NCBI GenBank assembly: GCA_011526105.1
Contig: WYAZ01000031.1
Span: forward strand, 131,796-195,795
Length of the DNA stretch: 64,000 nucleotides
Direction of reading: 5' to 3'
DNA from: Deltaproteobacteria bacterium
GTDB taxonomy: Bacteria > Myxococcota > Kuafuiibacteriia > Kuafuiibacteriales > Kuafuiibacteriaceae
Part shown: one piece after another, positions 9,191 through 18,893 of the stretch
Numbering within the stretch: position 1 is the first letter of the stretch
Layout of the letters: every line of letters begins with the position of its first letter
Position numbers and translations under genes: made by a program
Notes under the pieces: generated by a model
Database searches by the model: none
What the model saw: only the letters and a program-made list of their open reading frames with translations
What the model was told of the DNA's origin: nothing

Positions 9191-10066
9191 CTACTCTTGG
9201 TCAGCCCAGGTGCGCTCAGTCTCTTCGCGATCGTACATGGTCGCGCTCTCCATGGCCACGAGGTAGACCGGGAACACATCGGCCGCGAGGTCCGACATCA
9301 CCTTGCCGCCGGCCACCTTGAAGGGGTCCTTCTGGCCTTTGCGCCCGAGTCCGGCGAATCGGGAGAGCGACTTGTTCAGAAGCTCGGTCTTCTGATCGAC
9401 CTCGTGGACCGCGAGCTTGGTGATGACGCCGTCCTTGTCCATGGCGATGCCGAGCTCGCCTTCGAATCCAGGCGTCTTCCAGGGCACAAAGACGAGGTAG
9501 CCGCTCTTCTTGTCCTTCTTGAGCTCGTCGAGACGGATGGGATCATCGGGGACGTAGCTGAGGTTTCCTTCTTCGCCTTCGAAGTCAAAGAAGGTGAAGA
9601 CGGCGGCCTTGGTCTGCTTCGCGGCTTTCCCGGTGGCGGCCTTGATGCGTTCGAGACCGAACTTGTCGATCGCGTACTCCTTGGCCACGTAGCGAGAGGC
9701 ATCTGGGAAGAAGGTTTGAATCACGAGGTGCTGCCCCCGCACGTGCTGCACCACGTCCCAGAGCTGAAGGAACGGGAGCTGCCTTTTGAACTGATGCTCA
9801 CTCGGCTTCTTCAGCCCCTTGCCGGTCTCGATCATGTCGAAGAGCTGCTCGTTGCGGAGGAGGTTGAGGCGCCCGGAGTCGCGGAGCGAGACCGCGATCT
9901 TGCCGCCATCGGCCTGTGCGCCATGGCAGGCCGCGCACTCCTTGGCGTAGAGCTTCTGACCGCTGGCAGGGTCACCCACAAGGAGCGGAAGCTCCTCTGC
10001 GATGGCGAGAGAGCTGAAGAGGAGCATTGGAAGGAGAGCGGGTAGCGCGAGCTTCATCTCGATCAC
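9191..10066 (-). CDS. c-type cytochrome (mono-haem CxxCH) with signal peptide
   Basis: 291 aa; N-terminal signal MIEMKLALPALLPMLLFSSLAIA, class-I cytochrome c motif KECAACHG; long C-terminal extension. Confidence 0.7.
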   Translation of the reverse strand: MIEMKLALPALLPMLLFSSLAIAEELPLLVGDPASGQKLYAKECAACHGAQADGGKIAVSLRDSGRLNLLRNEQLFDMIETGKGLKKPSEHQFKRQLPFLQLWDVVQHVRGQHLVIQTFFPDASRYVAKEYAIDKFGLERIKAATGKAAKQTKAAVFTFFDFEGEEGNLSYVPDDPIRLDELKKDKKSGYLVFVPWKTPGFEGELGIAMDKDGVITKLAVHEVDQKTELLNKSLSRFAGLGRKGQKDPFKVAGGKVMSDLAADVFPVYLVAMESATMYDREETERTWADQE

Positions 10067-10067
10067 C

Positions 10068-10658
10068 TCAGTTGCCCTTCACCGGGCGGCGTCCACCGCC
10101 GGTGGTCTTGGTTTTCTCGCTCATCATGTCATCCGGGAGCGGCCAGATGTTCACCGGGAAACGCATGGTCCCTTCGAAGGTCTTTCCTTCTCGGATGCGA
10201 CCCTTGATGGTGAGCCCGAGCATGCCGTCCTGCGGCGGGGTGATGTGCAGGCCGAACTTCCCGGCAGACATCGGGATCTCGTGCGCGAGGTACCGGGCTA
10301 CGACATCTCCGACCGGGTTTTTGAGCTCCACCACGACTCGGGCGCCGGTCACGGGGACCGCGGTGCCGTAGCGAGGGTGCGGCGTCTTCGGCACTTCGTT
10401 GATGGTCAGGATCAGCTCTGTTCGTTCCTCGGCGTTCGGCACGCCCGGCGCGAAGCGGGCGCTGATGTCGAACTTGCTCCCCTTGGAGCCCTCGACCTGC
10501 AGTGTGTCGCCGCGTTCGAGCGGGCGTGGCAGAGGCTTGGGCGTGGGCACCGGCTCTGCGGCTGGAGCTGGAGCAGGTTCCTGCGCGTGGGTCGTGCTGA
10601 CGAACAGGGTGGTGATGAGCCAGGCGGAGAGCAACGAAGAGAGGGAGAGCTTATTCAC
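10068..10658 (-). CDS. Secreted hypothetical protein
   Basis: 196 aa; cleavable signal peptide (…TLFVSTTHAQE); Pro-rich linker; no recognisable family; 2-bp spacing to cytochrome gene. Confidence 0.5.
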   Translation of the reverse strand: MNKLSLSSLLSAWLITTLFVSTTHAQEPAPAPAAEPVPTPKPLPRPLERGDTLQVEGSKGSKFDISARFAPGVPNAEERTELILTINEVPKTPHPRYGTAVPVTGARVVVELKNPVGDVVARYLAHEIPMSAGKFGLHITPPQDGMLGLTIKGRIREGKTFEGTMRFPVNIWPLPDDMMSEKTKTTGGGRRPVKGN

Positions 10659-11589
10659 AGCGGCCTCGTTCCTTTTCGATGTCGAGGTGGAAGTCGATCA
10701 TGTCTTTGGTGCGGGGGAGGCCGAAGCGGCGTCCGTCGATGAAGACCGTGGGCGTGGATTCGATCTGAGCGCTCAGTCCGAGCTGCTTGTCCGCCTGCAC
10801 CTTCGCCCTGTGGGTTCGGGCGTCGAGCGCAGCTTTGGCCTTCTTCGTGTCCATGCCCGCCTTCGCGGCGAAGTCGATCATCGTCTCCGGGCGGATGTCC
10901 CGCTGGTTCTCGAAAAGAAGCTCCGCGAGCTCCCAGAACTTGCCTTGGAGTCTAGCCTCCTCGGCGAGCTCCGCTGCGAGATGGGAGGGCTCGTCACTCG
11001 ACCCGAGCGGGAATGCGAAGAACACGAGGCGCGTGTCTGTTCGTCCGGCGATGGTCCGGTCGAGGACCGGCTTCATGGCTCGGCAGTGCGCGCAGCGGAA
11101 GTCGGCAAACTCGACGATGGTGTGTTGTGCCGTCTCTGGTCCGATCGATGCGTGATCCTTCACATCGAAGCTACGAACCGCCGAGCTGTAGCCTTCCGCG
11201 AAGCCTTCGAGCAGCGTGAGTTCGACTTCCTCGGTGGAGACGCCGGATCGGTAGAGATCGAGGATGAGGTGCGTCATCTTCTCGGAGCATCCGACGCAGG
11301 AGCAGGCCTCTTTGTTCGAGAGGCAGGAAGCGAGGGTGCGCGGGCAGCCGCAGTAGCAGAAGGTCTCGTTCATGATCCGCCAGAAATCGAGGCGGACCGC
11401 ACCCGGAAGGCTGTCGGCCGAGACGCCTTCGATCTCCGTGATCGCGGGTGCTTGCACCGCGGCTTCCGGTGGGGCTGGGTTCTCCTCGAGCGGCTTCGGG
11501 CTGGGAGCGGTCTCCGTCTTGCCCCGACAGGTCGCACCCGTCGCCGCGAGGGCCGTCAGGAGCACGAAGAGGGCGGGGTGGGTGCGCAT
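10651..11589 (-). CDS. DsbA-family thiol:disulfide oxidoreductase with N-terminal Cys-rich domain (start re-placed to ATG 11589, MRTHPALFVLL...)
   Basis: Thioredoxin-fold CxxC (FRCAHCRAM) with DsbA-like surrounding sequence; extra FCYCGCPRTLASCLSNKEACSCVGC cluster; signal/lipoprotein-like N-terminus. Confidence 0.7.
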   Translation of the reverse strand: MRTHPALFVLLTALAATGATCRGKTETAPSPKPLEENPAPPEAAVQAPAITEIEGVSADSLPGAVRLDFWRIMNETFCYCGCPRTLASCLSNKEACSCVGCSEKMTHLILDLYRSGVSTEEVELTLLEGFAEGYSSAVRSFDVKDHASIGPETAQHTIVEFADFRCAHCRAMKPVLDRTIAGRTDTRLVFFAFPLGSSDEPSHLAAELAEEARLQGKFWELAELLFENQRDIRPETMIDFAAKAGMDTKKAKAALDARTHRAKVQADKQLGLSAQIESTPTVFIDGRRFGLPRTKDMIDFHLDIEKERGRCE

Positions 11590-11743
11590 TCCGGCGACAC
11601 TGCTAGCCATTGGGCGAGAAGGCGGTCAATCACGGATCTCACGTACTTAGGGTTTGTACGCGCAGATCTGGGCATGTCCAGGGGGTGCCTGCTTGTGGCT
11701 TGAGGACTAGGGTTCCAGTAGGATCCGAGGTCGACCGGCCTAG

Positions 11744-12697
11744 ATGCAAGACGAGCAAGAACAGAACTTCGCGAGCTTCGAGGACGGAGACTATGTCGAG
11801 AACACCACGGAAGCAGTGGGATTCGTTCCGCTCGAGCCGCTGGAGTCCGCGAAGCGAACCGCCGCCTTTGTCGTGATCAGCGGGCGGGCCTTCGGTCAGA
11901 GTTTCACCCTCGGTGACAGCGAATGCACCATCGGGCGCGGGATGGAGTGCAACATCCGCCTCGATGACGAAGGCATTTCGCGCCGCCATGTGAAGGTCGT
12001 CCACACCGAAGGCCACTGGGTCATGATGGATCTGGCCTCCACCAACGGGACCTATCACGGCGGCGAACGCATCCAGGTCATGACGCTCTATGACGGTGCG
12101 AAGGTTCAGCTCGGCATGAGCACCGTCCTGCGGTTTCAGCATCAAGACGTCATGGACGAGCGATTCGTCCGGTCAATGTACGAGTCCAAGACGCGCGACG
12201 CGCTCACCGAGACTTACAATAAGGCTTACTTCCTCGAGTCGATCGAGCGCGAAGTCGCTTTCGCGCTTCGGCATCAGCAAGACCTGACCTTGGTCATGTT
12301 CGATCTCGATCACTTCAAGAAGGTCAACGATACCTTCGGGCACCAAGCGGGCGACTTGACCCTGAAGATGGTCGCGAAGGCGGTGACGAAGTGCATTCGC
12401 CGCGAGGATATCCTCGCCCGCTACGGCGGTGAGGAGTTCGCGCTGCTGCTTCGGAACACGCACCCGGAGAAGGGCTTCATCCTCGCGGAGCGTATCCGAC
12501 GGGCGGTCGAGCGGCTCGAGATCGTTCACGAAGGCCGACGGATACCTTGCACCGTGTCCTTGGGCATCGAATCCACGCTCAACGGCTTTCGAGAAGCGGG
12601 CACTTTGATCGAGGCCGCCGATTCGCAGCTCTATCGCGCCAAGCATGGGGGTCGAAACCGCACCGAAGCACCGCTCTTCGAAGAGGGCGATCGTTAG
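11744..12697 (+). CDS. FHA domain - GGDEF diguanylate cyclase (GGEEF active-site motif)
   Basis: 317 aa; FHA signature (GR...RRHV...NGT) then GGDEF domain with RYGGEEF and DxLT motifs. Confidence 0.85.
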   Translation: MQDEQEQNFASFEDGDYVENTTEAVGFVPLEPLESAKRTAAFVVISGRAFGQSFTLGDSECTIGRGMECNIRLDDEGISRRHVKVVHTEGHWVMMDLASTNGTYHGGERIQVMTLYDGAKVQLGMSTVLRFQHQDVMDERFVRSMYESKTRDALTETYNKAYFLESIEREVAFALRHQQDLTLVMFDLDHFKKVNDTFGHQAGDLTLKMVAKAVTKCIRREDILARYGGEEFALLLRNTHPEKGFILAERIRRAVERLEIVHEGRRIPCTVSLGIESTLNGFREAGTLIEAADSQLYRAKHGGRNRTEAPLFEEGDR

Positions 12698-12858
12698 AGC
12701 TCATCTCAAAACCCCCGACCGAGCGAGACGGCCAAGACGCGAGGCCCGCAAGGCGGGCCGACGAATGCGCTATCCTGCGATAACGCGAGGAGGCCCAGCA
12801 CGGCGGGCCGACGCGGATCGGCCGGAATCGCGACCGAGGGGGTTTTGAGATAAGCTCT
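12698..12858. repeat. 161-bp structured intergenic element: 19-nt terminal inverted repeats (12698-12716 AGCTCATCTCAAAACCCCC / 12838-12856 GGGGGTTTTGAGATAAGCT, 18/19) enclosing two GC hairpin-containing ~23-nt direct repeats (12741-12763, 12789-12812)
   Basis: Read directly: arms are reverse complements; inner GAGGCCCGCAAGGCGGGCCGACG and GAGGCCCAGCACGGCGGGCCGACG each form a GC stem; GACCGAG abuts both arms internally. Confidence 0.55.
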
Positions 12859-12899
12859 AGAGGCGTTCGAGGCCATCACACGCCAGAGCGCACCCCGCC

Positions 12900-14636
12900 G
12901 TGATCTCGATTCGCACTGATTCCGGGGAAGAGCAGCTCACGCTCGCGGAGTTCGAAGCCCGCGTCCGATCCGGCCGCATCGTGGCCACCACTCAGGTCTG
13001 CTTCTCAATTCTCACCGGCGATCGTTGGGTCGACGCGAAGGAGATAGAGCTCTTCCGGCAGCTCTACCAGCCGGCACGCATCTACTTCACGCGGCGCTTC
13101 TCCCTTCGCGGCTTTCCACTCGTGACTGCGCTTCTCGTTGTTCTTCAGATCCTGCTGTTCTTCGGTGTGGCGGGGGCCCGGCACGCGGTCGATCTCGACC
13201 CGCTCATCGCCTCCGGCGCCAAAGTACGTTCGAACATCCTCGAACTCGGAGAGACATGGCGGCTCCTCACCGCGAATCTGCTCCACCGGGACCTCCTGCA
13301 TCTGTTCTTCAACATGTTCTTTTTCCTCAACGTCGGAGGCACGGTCGAGGCGGCCTACCGCAGACAGGATTACGTGCTCCTGCTCGTGCTCAGCGGGCTG
13401 TCCACGACGGTGGTGTCCACCCTGTTTGGCTCCCTGCCTTCGGTGGGCGCGAGCGGCGTGGTCTTGGGGCTGTTCGGCGCGGTCTCTGTGTTCGGCTACA
13501 AGTACGCGGATGTTCTTCCGCGTCGATACAAGAACTTCTTCCTCTTCGCGGTCCTGCCGTATGCGATCTTCGTTCTCTACATCGGGATCTTCACCGCAGA
13601 CACGGACAACTGGGGTCATCTCGGCGGACTCCTCGGTGGCTCCATGGTTGCGGTTCTGCTCGAGCCCAAGCTGATGCACCTCGCTCGGGCGGAGAAGCGG
13701 TACTTCCGCGCCCACTGGCCAGCGCTCGCCACGGTGTGTCTGGTGGGACTCACGCTCGCCGCGGGTCCGGTGGTCCGAGGCCTGGAGCCTCGCCTCGCCA
13801 TCCTGTCGGATGGCGACAGTGGACTTCTCGTGGCCTATCCATCGGGTTGGCGCTTCGGAGAGAACCACCTGGGCTATCCGGCCTGGGGCAACACGCTCGG
13901 CGTCACCTTTGGCGTGCGGGCCCGACGCCACTCAAACGCGCCGGTGTCACTGTCGGAACTGAGGCGTCTCTTTATCGAAGAGGAGCTCGCCGGCCCTGAA
14001 CGCGCCGGCGAGATCACGGGTGTCGAGCTGGTTCGGGAGCGCGCGGTGCGAATCGAAGGGGCTCGAGCGCTCGAACTCACCGTTGCCCTCGAGTCCCGCG
14101 CGGGGCGCCATCGGAGCACAAACCTTCTGCTCGCCCGCGGCTACTACAGCTACTTCATCGTGGCCTCCGCCCCGGTGGCTTGGGCGGAGTCGTACGAGCC
14201 CATGCTTCGAGGGCTCGTGGATCGTGCCCGGCTCATCGATACAAATCGGCTGACGCGAAGCCGCGAGCTCGTACGTGCGTTTCCGGGCATGTCGAGCGCG
14301 CGGGTGGAGCTTGCGGGTGAGCTTGCGCAACTGGGTCGCGTCGAGGAGGCTCGGTCCGCCTATCTGGAGGCGCTCGAAACCTTGCCCGAACATCCAGACG
14401 CGCTCTACGGCTTGGCTCGACTCGCTCGCGACTACGGAGGTGATGTCGAAGAAGCCGAGGCGTTGGCCACTCGGCTCCTCGAACGCAGGCCCGAGAGCCC
14501 GGAGGTCGCCGTGCTGGTGGCGGACCTGCGCGCTCGGCTCGGTCAGTTTGCGCGCGCCCGAGCCGTGCTCGAGGAGGCTCTCGAACGCTCGCCGGACTCC
14601 GCCGAGCTCCGGCAGCGTCTATCGACTCTCCGCTGA
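12900..14636 (+). CDS. Rhomboid-family intramembrane serine protease fused to C-terminal TPR repeats (GTG start)
   Basis: 578 aa; 6-7 TM core with GASGVVLGLFGA (GxSG catalytic Ser) and downstream His in TM helix; C-terminal Ala/Leu-rich TPR-like repeats. Confidence 0.75.
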   Translation: MISIRTDSGEEQLTLAEFEARVRSGRIVATTQVCFSILTGDRWVDAKEIELFRQLYQPARIYFTRRFSLRGFPLVTALLVVLQILLFFGVAGARHAVDLDPLIASGAKVRSNILELGETWRLLTANLLHRDLLHLFFNMFFFLNVGGTVEAAYRRQDYVLLLVLSGLSTTVVSTLFGSLPSVGASGVVLGLFGAVSVFGYKYADVLPRRYKNFFLFAVLPYAIFVLYIGIFTADTDNWGHLGGLLGGSMVAVLLEPKLMHLARAEKRYFRAHWPALATVCLVGLTLAAGPVVRGLEPRLAILSDGDSGLLVAYPSGWRFGENHLGYPAWGNTLGVTFGVRARRHSNAPVSLSELRRLFIEEELAGPERAGEITGVELVRERAVRIEGARALELTVALESRAGRHRSTNLLLARGYYSYFIVASAPVAWAESYEPMLRGLVDRARLIDTNRLTRSRELVRAFPGMSSARVELAGELAQLGRVEEARSAYLEALETLPEHPDALYGLARLARDYGGDVEEAEALATRLLERRPESPEVAVLVADLRARLGQFARARAVLEEALERSPDSAELRQRLSTLR

Positions 14637-14641
14637 GTGGC

Positions 14642-15640
14642 TCATTTCGACGGGTCGGTGGGGCGCTCGGGCGGGATCGAGACCCGAAGCGTGTCGAGTT
14701 CGTCTCCGCGCTTGGGATGAGCATGGGATGAGCCCGCTTGGAACGCAGTGGCCCGGTCTCGACCCGCGAGCTTGCTGTGATAGAGCGCGGAGTCGGCTCG
14801 AACAAAGAGCTCCATGGGGCCCGCGTCCGGGTTGTCGACCTCCAGCTCGGCGACCCCAATGCTGAAGCTCAGCGTATGACGCCGGTCGTTCACGGTGATC
14901 GGATGATTCCGGACGCTCTCGACGATGCGCTGCGCGAACCTGAGCACGAGATCGATAGACTCCCCACGGCAGATGATCACGAACTCGTCGCCCGCGTAGC
15001 GAGCGACCACGTCCTCTCTGCGCTTGGCACGTTCGAGCAGGCGAGCGACGCTCTTCAGGACCTCGTCCCCGACCGGGTGACCGTAAGTGTCGTTGATCGA
15101 CTTGAAGCCGTCGACGTCGATGAGCATGAGGGCCAGCGGCGTCTTGTGCCGACGGGAAAAAGAGATCTCCTGATCGAGCCGCTGCATCAGGTACCGCCGG
15201 TTGGCGAGCTCGGTGAGCGGGTCGCTCATGGCAGCCATGCGCATCTGGTGAATCAGCTCGGTCTCGTTCACGTCCTCGAAGCGCACTCGGATCACGGTCT
15301 CACCCGAGAGTTGAATCCGCTGACCGTCTTGCAGACCTGAGACCTGGCGGGCTTGGCCCTCGACGTACATGCCATAGCCAGAGTCGAGGTCTCGAATCCG
15401 ATAGCCGCCCTCTGGATTACGTTCGATCACGGCGTGACGTCGCGACATGTACGGATCGCGGATCCGGAAATGCGATGCCTCTCCGCGTCCGACCGTCCCC
15501 CCGCTGGGCGGCACGCGATAGTAAAGGCCAGCGTCTGGTCCGGTCAGGACCATGATGGACAACACGTTGCGTTCGGGCAGCGCGGAGGGGCCGTCGTTGC
15601 TCGAGAAGGTGTCTTCATCGTCGAGGTAGCCCAAGGGCAC
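14642..15640 (-). CDS. FHA domain - GGDEF-like protein with degenerate AGDEF motif (paralogue of 11744..12697)
   Basis: 332 aa; FHA signature, GGDEF fold with RYAGDEF instead of GG(D/E)EF; I-site-like RxxD context present. Confidence 0.8.
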   Translation of the reverse strand: MPLGYLDDEDTFSSNDGPSALPERNVLSIMVLTGPDAGLYYRVPPSGGTVGRGEASHFRIRDPYMSRRHAVIERNPEGGYRIRDLDSGYGMYVEGQARQVSGLQDGQRIQLSGETVIRVRFEDVNETELIHQMRMAAMSDPLTELANRRYLMQRLDQEISFSRRHKTPLALMLIDVDGFKSINDTYGHPVGDEVLKSVARLLERAKRREDVVARYAGDEFVIICRGESIDLVLRFAQRIVESVRNHPITVNDRRHTLSFSIGVAELEVDNPDAGPMELFVRADSALYHSKLAGRDRATAFQAGSSHAHPKRGDELDTLRVSIPPERPTDPSK

Positions 15641-15683
15641 CGATGATGCCCGGAGCCGGGGGCGGGCGAAACAGCGAGGGAGT

Positions 15684-16946
15684 GTGAAGCTTGCCTACAC
15701 TCGGGACAGTCGTCACAGTACCGCCGTGACTGGCGAGAAGGCCGCTCGACTGCGCCTCATGCTCCTTCTGGCCGCGAGCAGCCTCACCGTCATGGCGGGG
15801 GCGCTGGTCGCGCCGGCGCTTCCGGGCATCCTGGCTGCTTACTCGGATGTGTCGGGCGCACCGCTGCTCGTTCGTCTCATCCTCACCGTGCCCGCGCTCG
15901 CGATCGCGCTGTCCGCCCCGGCCGCCGGTCTCGCGCTCGATCGTTTCGGCCGGCGCTGGGTGCTGGTCGCCGGGCTCGCGGCCTATGCCTCCTTTGGCAC
16001 GATCGCGGCCGGCCTCGATTCGCTCCCCGCCATCCTCATGAGTCGCGTGGGTCTGGGGATCGCCGTCGCGATGGTGATGACTTCGGCCTCCACGCTGCTC
16101 ACCGACGAGTTCACCGGCTCTAGGCGCGCCCGAGTGATGTCTTTTCAAGGGGCGGCGATGGGCCTGGGGAGCTTTGTGTTTCTCTTGGCCGGCGGCCAGC
16201 TCTCGGCGCTGAGCTGGCGAGCGCCCTTCTTCGTCTATCTAGTCGCAGTCTTGCTGATTCCTCCTACGCTGATGCTCGTGAAACGAGACCGCGGCGCTTC
16301 GACGCCGGGCTCGTCCAGCGAGACGACTTCGTTTCCCTGGGTCGGGCTGTTGCCGCTGTTCTCCGCCGGCCTGCTGGGCATGCTCCTATTCTACTTGATT
16401 CCCACCCAACTGCCGTTCTTGCTCTCCGAGGGCCTCGGTCGGACCGGCTTCGACATCGGGCTCGCGGTGGGCGGCGCGACGCTCGTCACCAGCTTGTCGT
16501 CCCTCTTATCTCCTTTTGCCATCGCTCGTCTCGGAAGGCCCAGAGTGCTCGGCGCGGGATTCGCTTCGATGGCGCTCGGGCTCGCGTTGCTCTCCGAAGC
16601 TGACACCTACGGACGTGTCTTGTCGGCGACCGTCTGCTTCGGGTCCGGTGGTGGTCTGCTCATGCCCACGCTGGCGGCCTGGGTCGGCGACCTCGCGCCG
16701 CTCGAACAGCGCGGCCGAGCGATCGGTCTCCTCACGACCAGCTACTTTCTCGGGCAGTTCCTCTCCCCGCTCGCCGCCGGTCCGGTTCTGAGTCTGCGCG
16801 GCCTGCAGGGTGCCGGTGGCGTGTTCTCTTCTGGCGCGGTGTTGGCCGCGGTGGCTGGGGTGCTCGCGATCGTCGCGGCGCGGCGCCGCTCGCCGATCAC
16901 GGCAGCTGAAACGGATACACGCTCCCCAGGTTCAGGATCTGCGTGA
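15684..16946 (+). CDS. MFS transporter (12 TM)
   Basis: 420 aa; two six-helix halves, MFS-type loop motifs; true start may be an internal Met. Confidence 0.7.
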   Translation: MKLAYTRDSRHSTAVTGEKAARLRLMLLLAASSLTVMAGALVAPALPGILAAYSDVSGAPLLVRLILTVPALAIALSAPAAGLALDRFGRRWVLVAGLAAYASFGTIAAGLDSLPAILMSRVGLGIAVAMVMTSASTLLTDEFTGSRRARVMSFQGAAMGLGSFVFLLAGGQLSALSWRAPFFVYLVAVLLIPPTLMLVKRDRGASTPGSSSETTSFPWVGLLPLFSAGLLGMLLFYLIPTQLPFLLSEGLGRTGFDIGLAVGGATLVTSLSSLLSPFAIARLGRPRVLGAGFASMALGLALLSEADTYGRVLSATVCFGSGGGLLMPTLAAWVGDLAPLEQRGRAIGLLTTSYFLGQFLSPLAAGPVLSLRGLQGAGGVFSSGAVLAAVAGVLAIVAARRRSPITAAETDTRSPGSGSA

Positions 16947-18297
16947 GCTCGTCGAGTGCTTGCTGGCTCTCTTCGATGAGCGCCGGATCGCGCAGGTCCG
17001 TGACCGCGAGATCTTCGCGGTAAGAGCGATCGATCCACGCGCCCAGCTCCGCGTGCAGCTCGGGGTCGAGCACGGTGCGCGCGCCGAGGTCCCGTCGCTC
17101 CGCCTCGGTCATGACCACCCGCAGCCGGAGACATGCCGGCCCACCGCCGTTCTTCATGCTCTCGCGTACGTCGAGGTAATGGACCCGGTCGATGCCTTCG
17201 CGCCGCCCGACGAGCCCATCGAGATACCGCTTCACCGAAGCGTTCTCCTCGCACTCGATCGGCGCCAAGAGCACCTGGGCACCATCTTCGAGGCTGAGCA
17301 GTTGACTGTTGAAGAGATAAGAACTCACCGCGTCTGCGACGGAGACCTCGTCGCTGGGCACCTCGACGATCCGAAGCTCGGCCCCGGTCACCGCCTGAAA
17401 GCTCGCACGAAGTGCGTCGTGCGGCGCTCGGCCTCCGAGGAACGCTTCTTCGTGACAAAACAGCAGGTCGAGATTTCCGACCGCGATGACGTCGTTGTGA
17501 AAGACCCCTTGATCGATGACCGCTGGGTTCTGTTGCAGAAAGTGGGCTCGACCGCTGGCGAGGCACGAGAGTCGGGCGACGGCTTCACTCGCTTCGCGCG
17601 TCTGTCTCGCGGGGAACTTGCTCGGCCGCGGCGCGCCGTCATCGAGCGCGGTGCGTCCATAGACGAACAGATGCAGCCCAGGCCCGCCGTGGCTCGCGGC
17701 GAGGCGGGTGTGGTTGGCGGCGCCCTCATCGCCGAGGGTGTCGCAGCTCGGCAGCGCCGGATGATGCTGGAAGCGATCGGGCTCCGCGAAGATCCGGCCC
17801 AGCACGCGCCCGGTGGTCTCGTGCTCGATGGATCGATGGAGTTTGTTCTCCAGGTTCGCGGGGGTGAGGTGCAGCCGATGGTCGGTGGTGTCGCTGCTCG
17901 GGATGGCCGTGGCCGCATTGGCGGTCCACATGCTCGACGCCGAGTACGCCGCCGCGAGGAGAACGGGCGCCTCTTGGCTCGCGCGTTCCACGATCTGCTC
18001 GGGGGCGCCGGTAAAGCCGAGGCGTCGCAGTAAACCCAGGTCCGGCCGCGCGTGCGGAGGGAGCATCCCTTGCACGAGCCCGAGGTCGCTGAGGAACTTC
18101 ATCTTGTCGAGACCTTGCCGCGCCGCTCGCCGCGGGTGCGCAACTTCACCTGCGTTTCGCTTCGACGCGACGTTGCCGCGCGAGAGTCCGGCGTAGTTGT
18201 GGGTGGGGCCCACCAGCCCGTCGAAGTTGGCCTCGAAAGTTCCCATGGCGCAGTGCCCATAACTCGGCCGAGCCATCTTGGCCAAGCGTTGGCTCAA
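16897..18297 (-). CDS. astB: N-succinylarginine dihydrolase
   Basis: 466 aa; N-terminal [25 protein letters not shown] and C-terminal [11 protein letters not shown] are AstB hallmarks; true start may be internal Met ([10 protein letters not shown]). Confidence 0.8.
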   Translation of the reverse strand: MSQRLAKMARPSYGHCAMGTFEANFDGLVGPTHNYAGLSRGNVASKRNAGEVAHPRRAARQGLDKMKFLSDLGLVQGMLPPHARPDLGLLRRLGFTGAPEQIVERASQEAPVLLAAAYSASSMWTANAATAIPSSDTTDHRLHLTPANLENKLHRSIEHETTGRVLGRIFAEPDRFQHHPALPSCDTLGDEGAANHTRLAASHGGPGLHLFVYGRTALDDGAPRPSKFPARQTREASEAVARLSCLASGRAHFLQQNPAVIDQGVFHNDVIAVGNLDLLFCHEEAFLGGRAPHDALRASFQAVTGAELRIVEVPSDEVSVADAVSSYLFNSQLLSLEDGAQVLLAPIECEENASVKRYLDGLVGRREGIDRVHYLDVRESMKNGGGPACLRLRVVMTEAERRDLGARTVLDPELHAELGAWIDRSYREDLAVTDLRDPALIEESQQALDELTQILNLGSVYPFQLP

Positions 18298-18316
18298 ATC
18301 TGGCTCGAGACGAGCG

Positions 18317-18892
18317 TTAGGACGCCTTCTTTGTGATGAGCCTCAGGTTGACGAAGTTCACCAGGAAGTGCGCGGCGATGGGGGCGGCCAGCTGTCCGCT
18401 CGCCTCCGTCCAGTAGCCGAAGCCCAGCCCGAGCATGCCCGCCATGATGGTCCACGGCAGCAGCTCCCGGCTGCGCGGCCAGTGCGCGAGCGCGAAGAGG
18501 AGGCTCGTGGGATAGAGTCCGAGCAGCGGCTGCAACGCGCCGCGGAAGAACAGCTCTTCGCCGAGTGAGGACAAAAGAGCGAGGAAGAAGCAGTCGGACC
18601 AAGCCAGAGGTCCGAAGAGCTCTTGCACCATGGCTTCGAAGCTCTTCCCCCAGTTCGAAGCCCGCGTGAGCAGGCTCGAGGCGAGGATGATGGCTGCGCC
18701 GAGTCCGAGCCCGAGCCCGAACTGGAACGCGACGTCCAAGAGCTGCTCCGGTCGGCGCCTCCAAAGGAGCGAGTTGTCCGCGATCACCCCGATGACCAGA
18801 GCGAGGATGGTCAGCCCCGCATAGAAGAGCGCGGCGCTTCGGAGCACACGCTCGCGACGGCCGTCGGTCTCGGATGCGGTCTCGTCGTCCAC
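18317..18892 (-). CDS. CPBP-family intramembrane metalloprotease (CAAX protease / Abi)
   Basis: 191 aa; EELFFRG, FALAHW and HFLVN motifs of CPBP family; multi-TM. Confidence 0.75.
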   Translation of the reverse strand: MDDETASETDGRRERVLRSAALFYAGLTILALVIGVIADNSLLWRRRPEQLLDVAFQFGLGLGLGAAIILASSLLTRASNWGKSFEAMVQELFGPLAWSDCFFLALLSSLGEELFFRGALQPLLGLYPTSLLFALAHWPRSRELLPWTIMAGMLGLGFGYWTEASGQLAAPIAAHFLVNFVNLRLITKKAS

Positions 18893-18893
18893 T

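Noticed and set aside
16810-18033. 407-aa ORF on plus strand
   Set aside because: Antisense of astB; shadow ORF.
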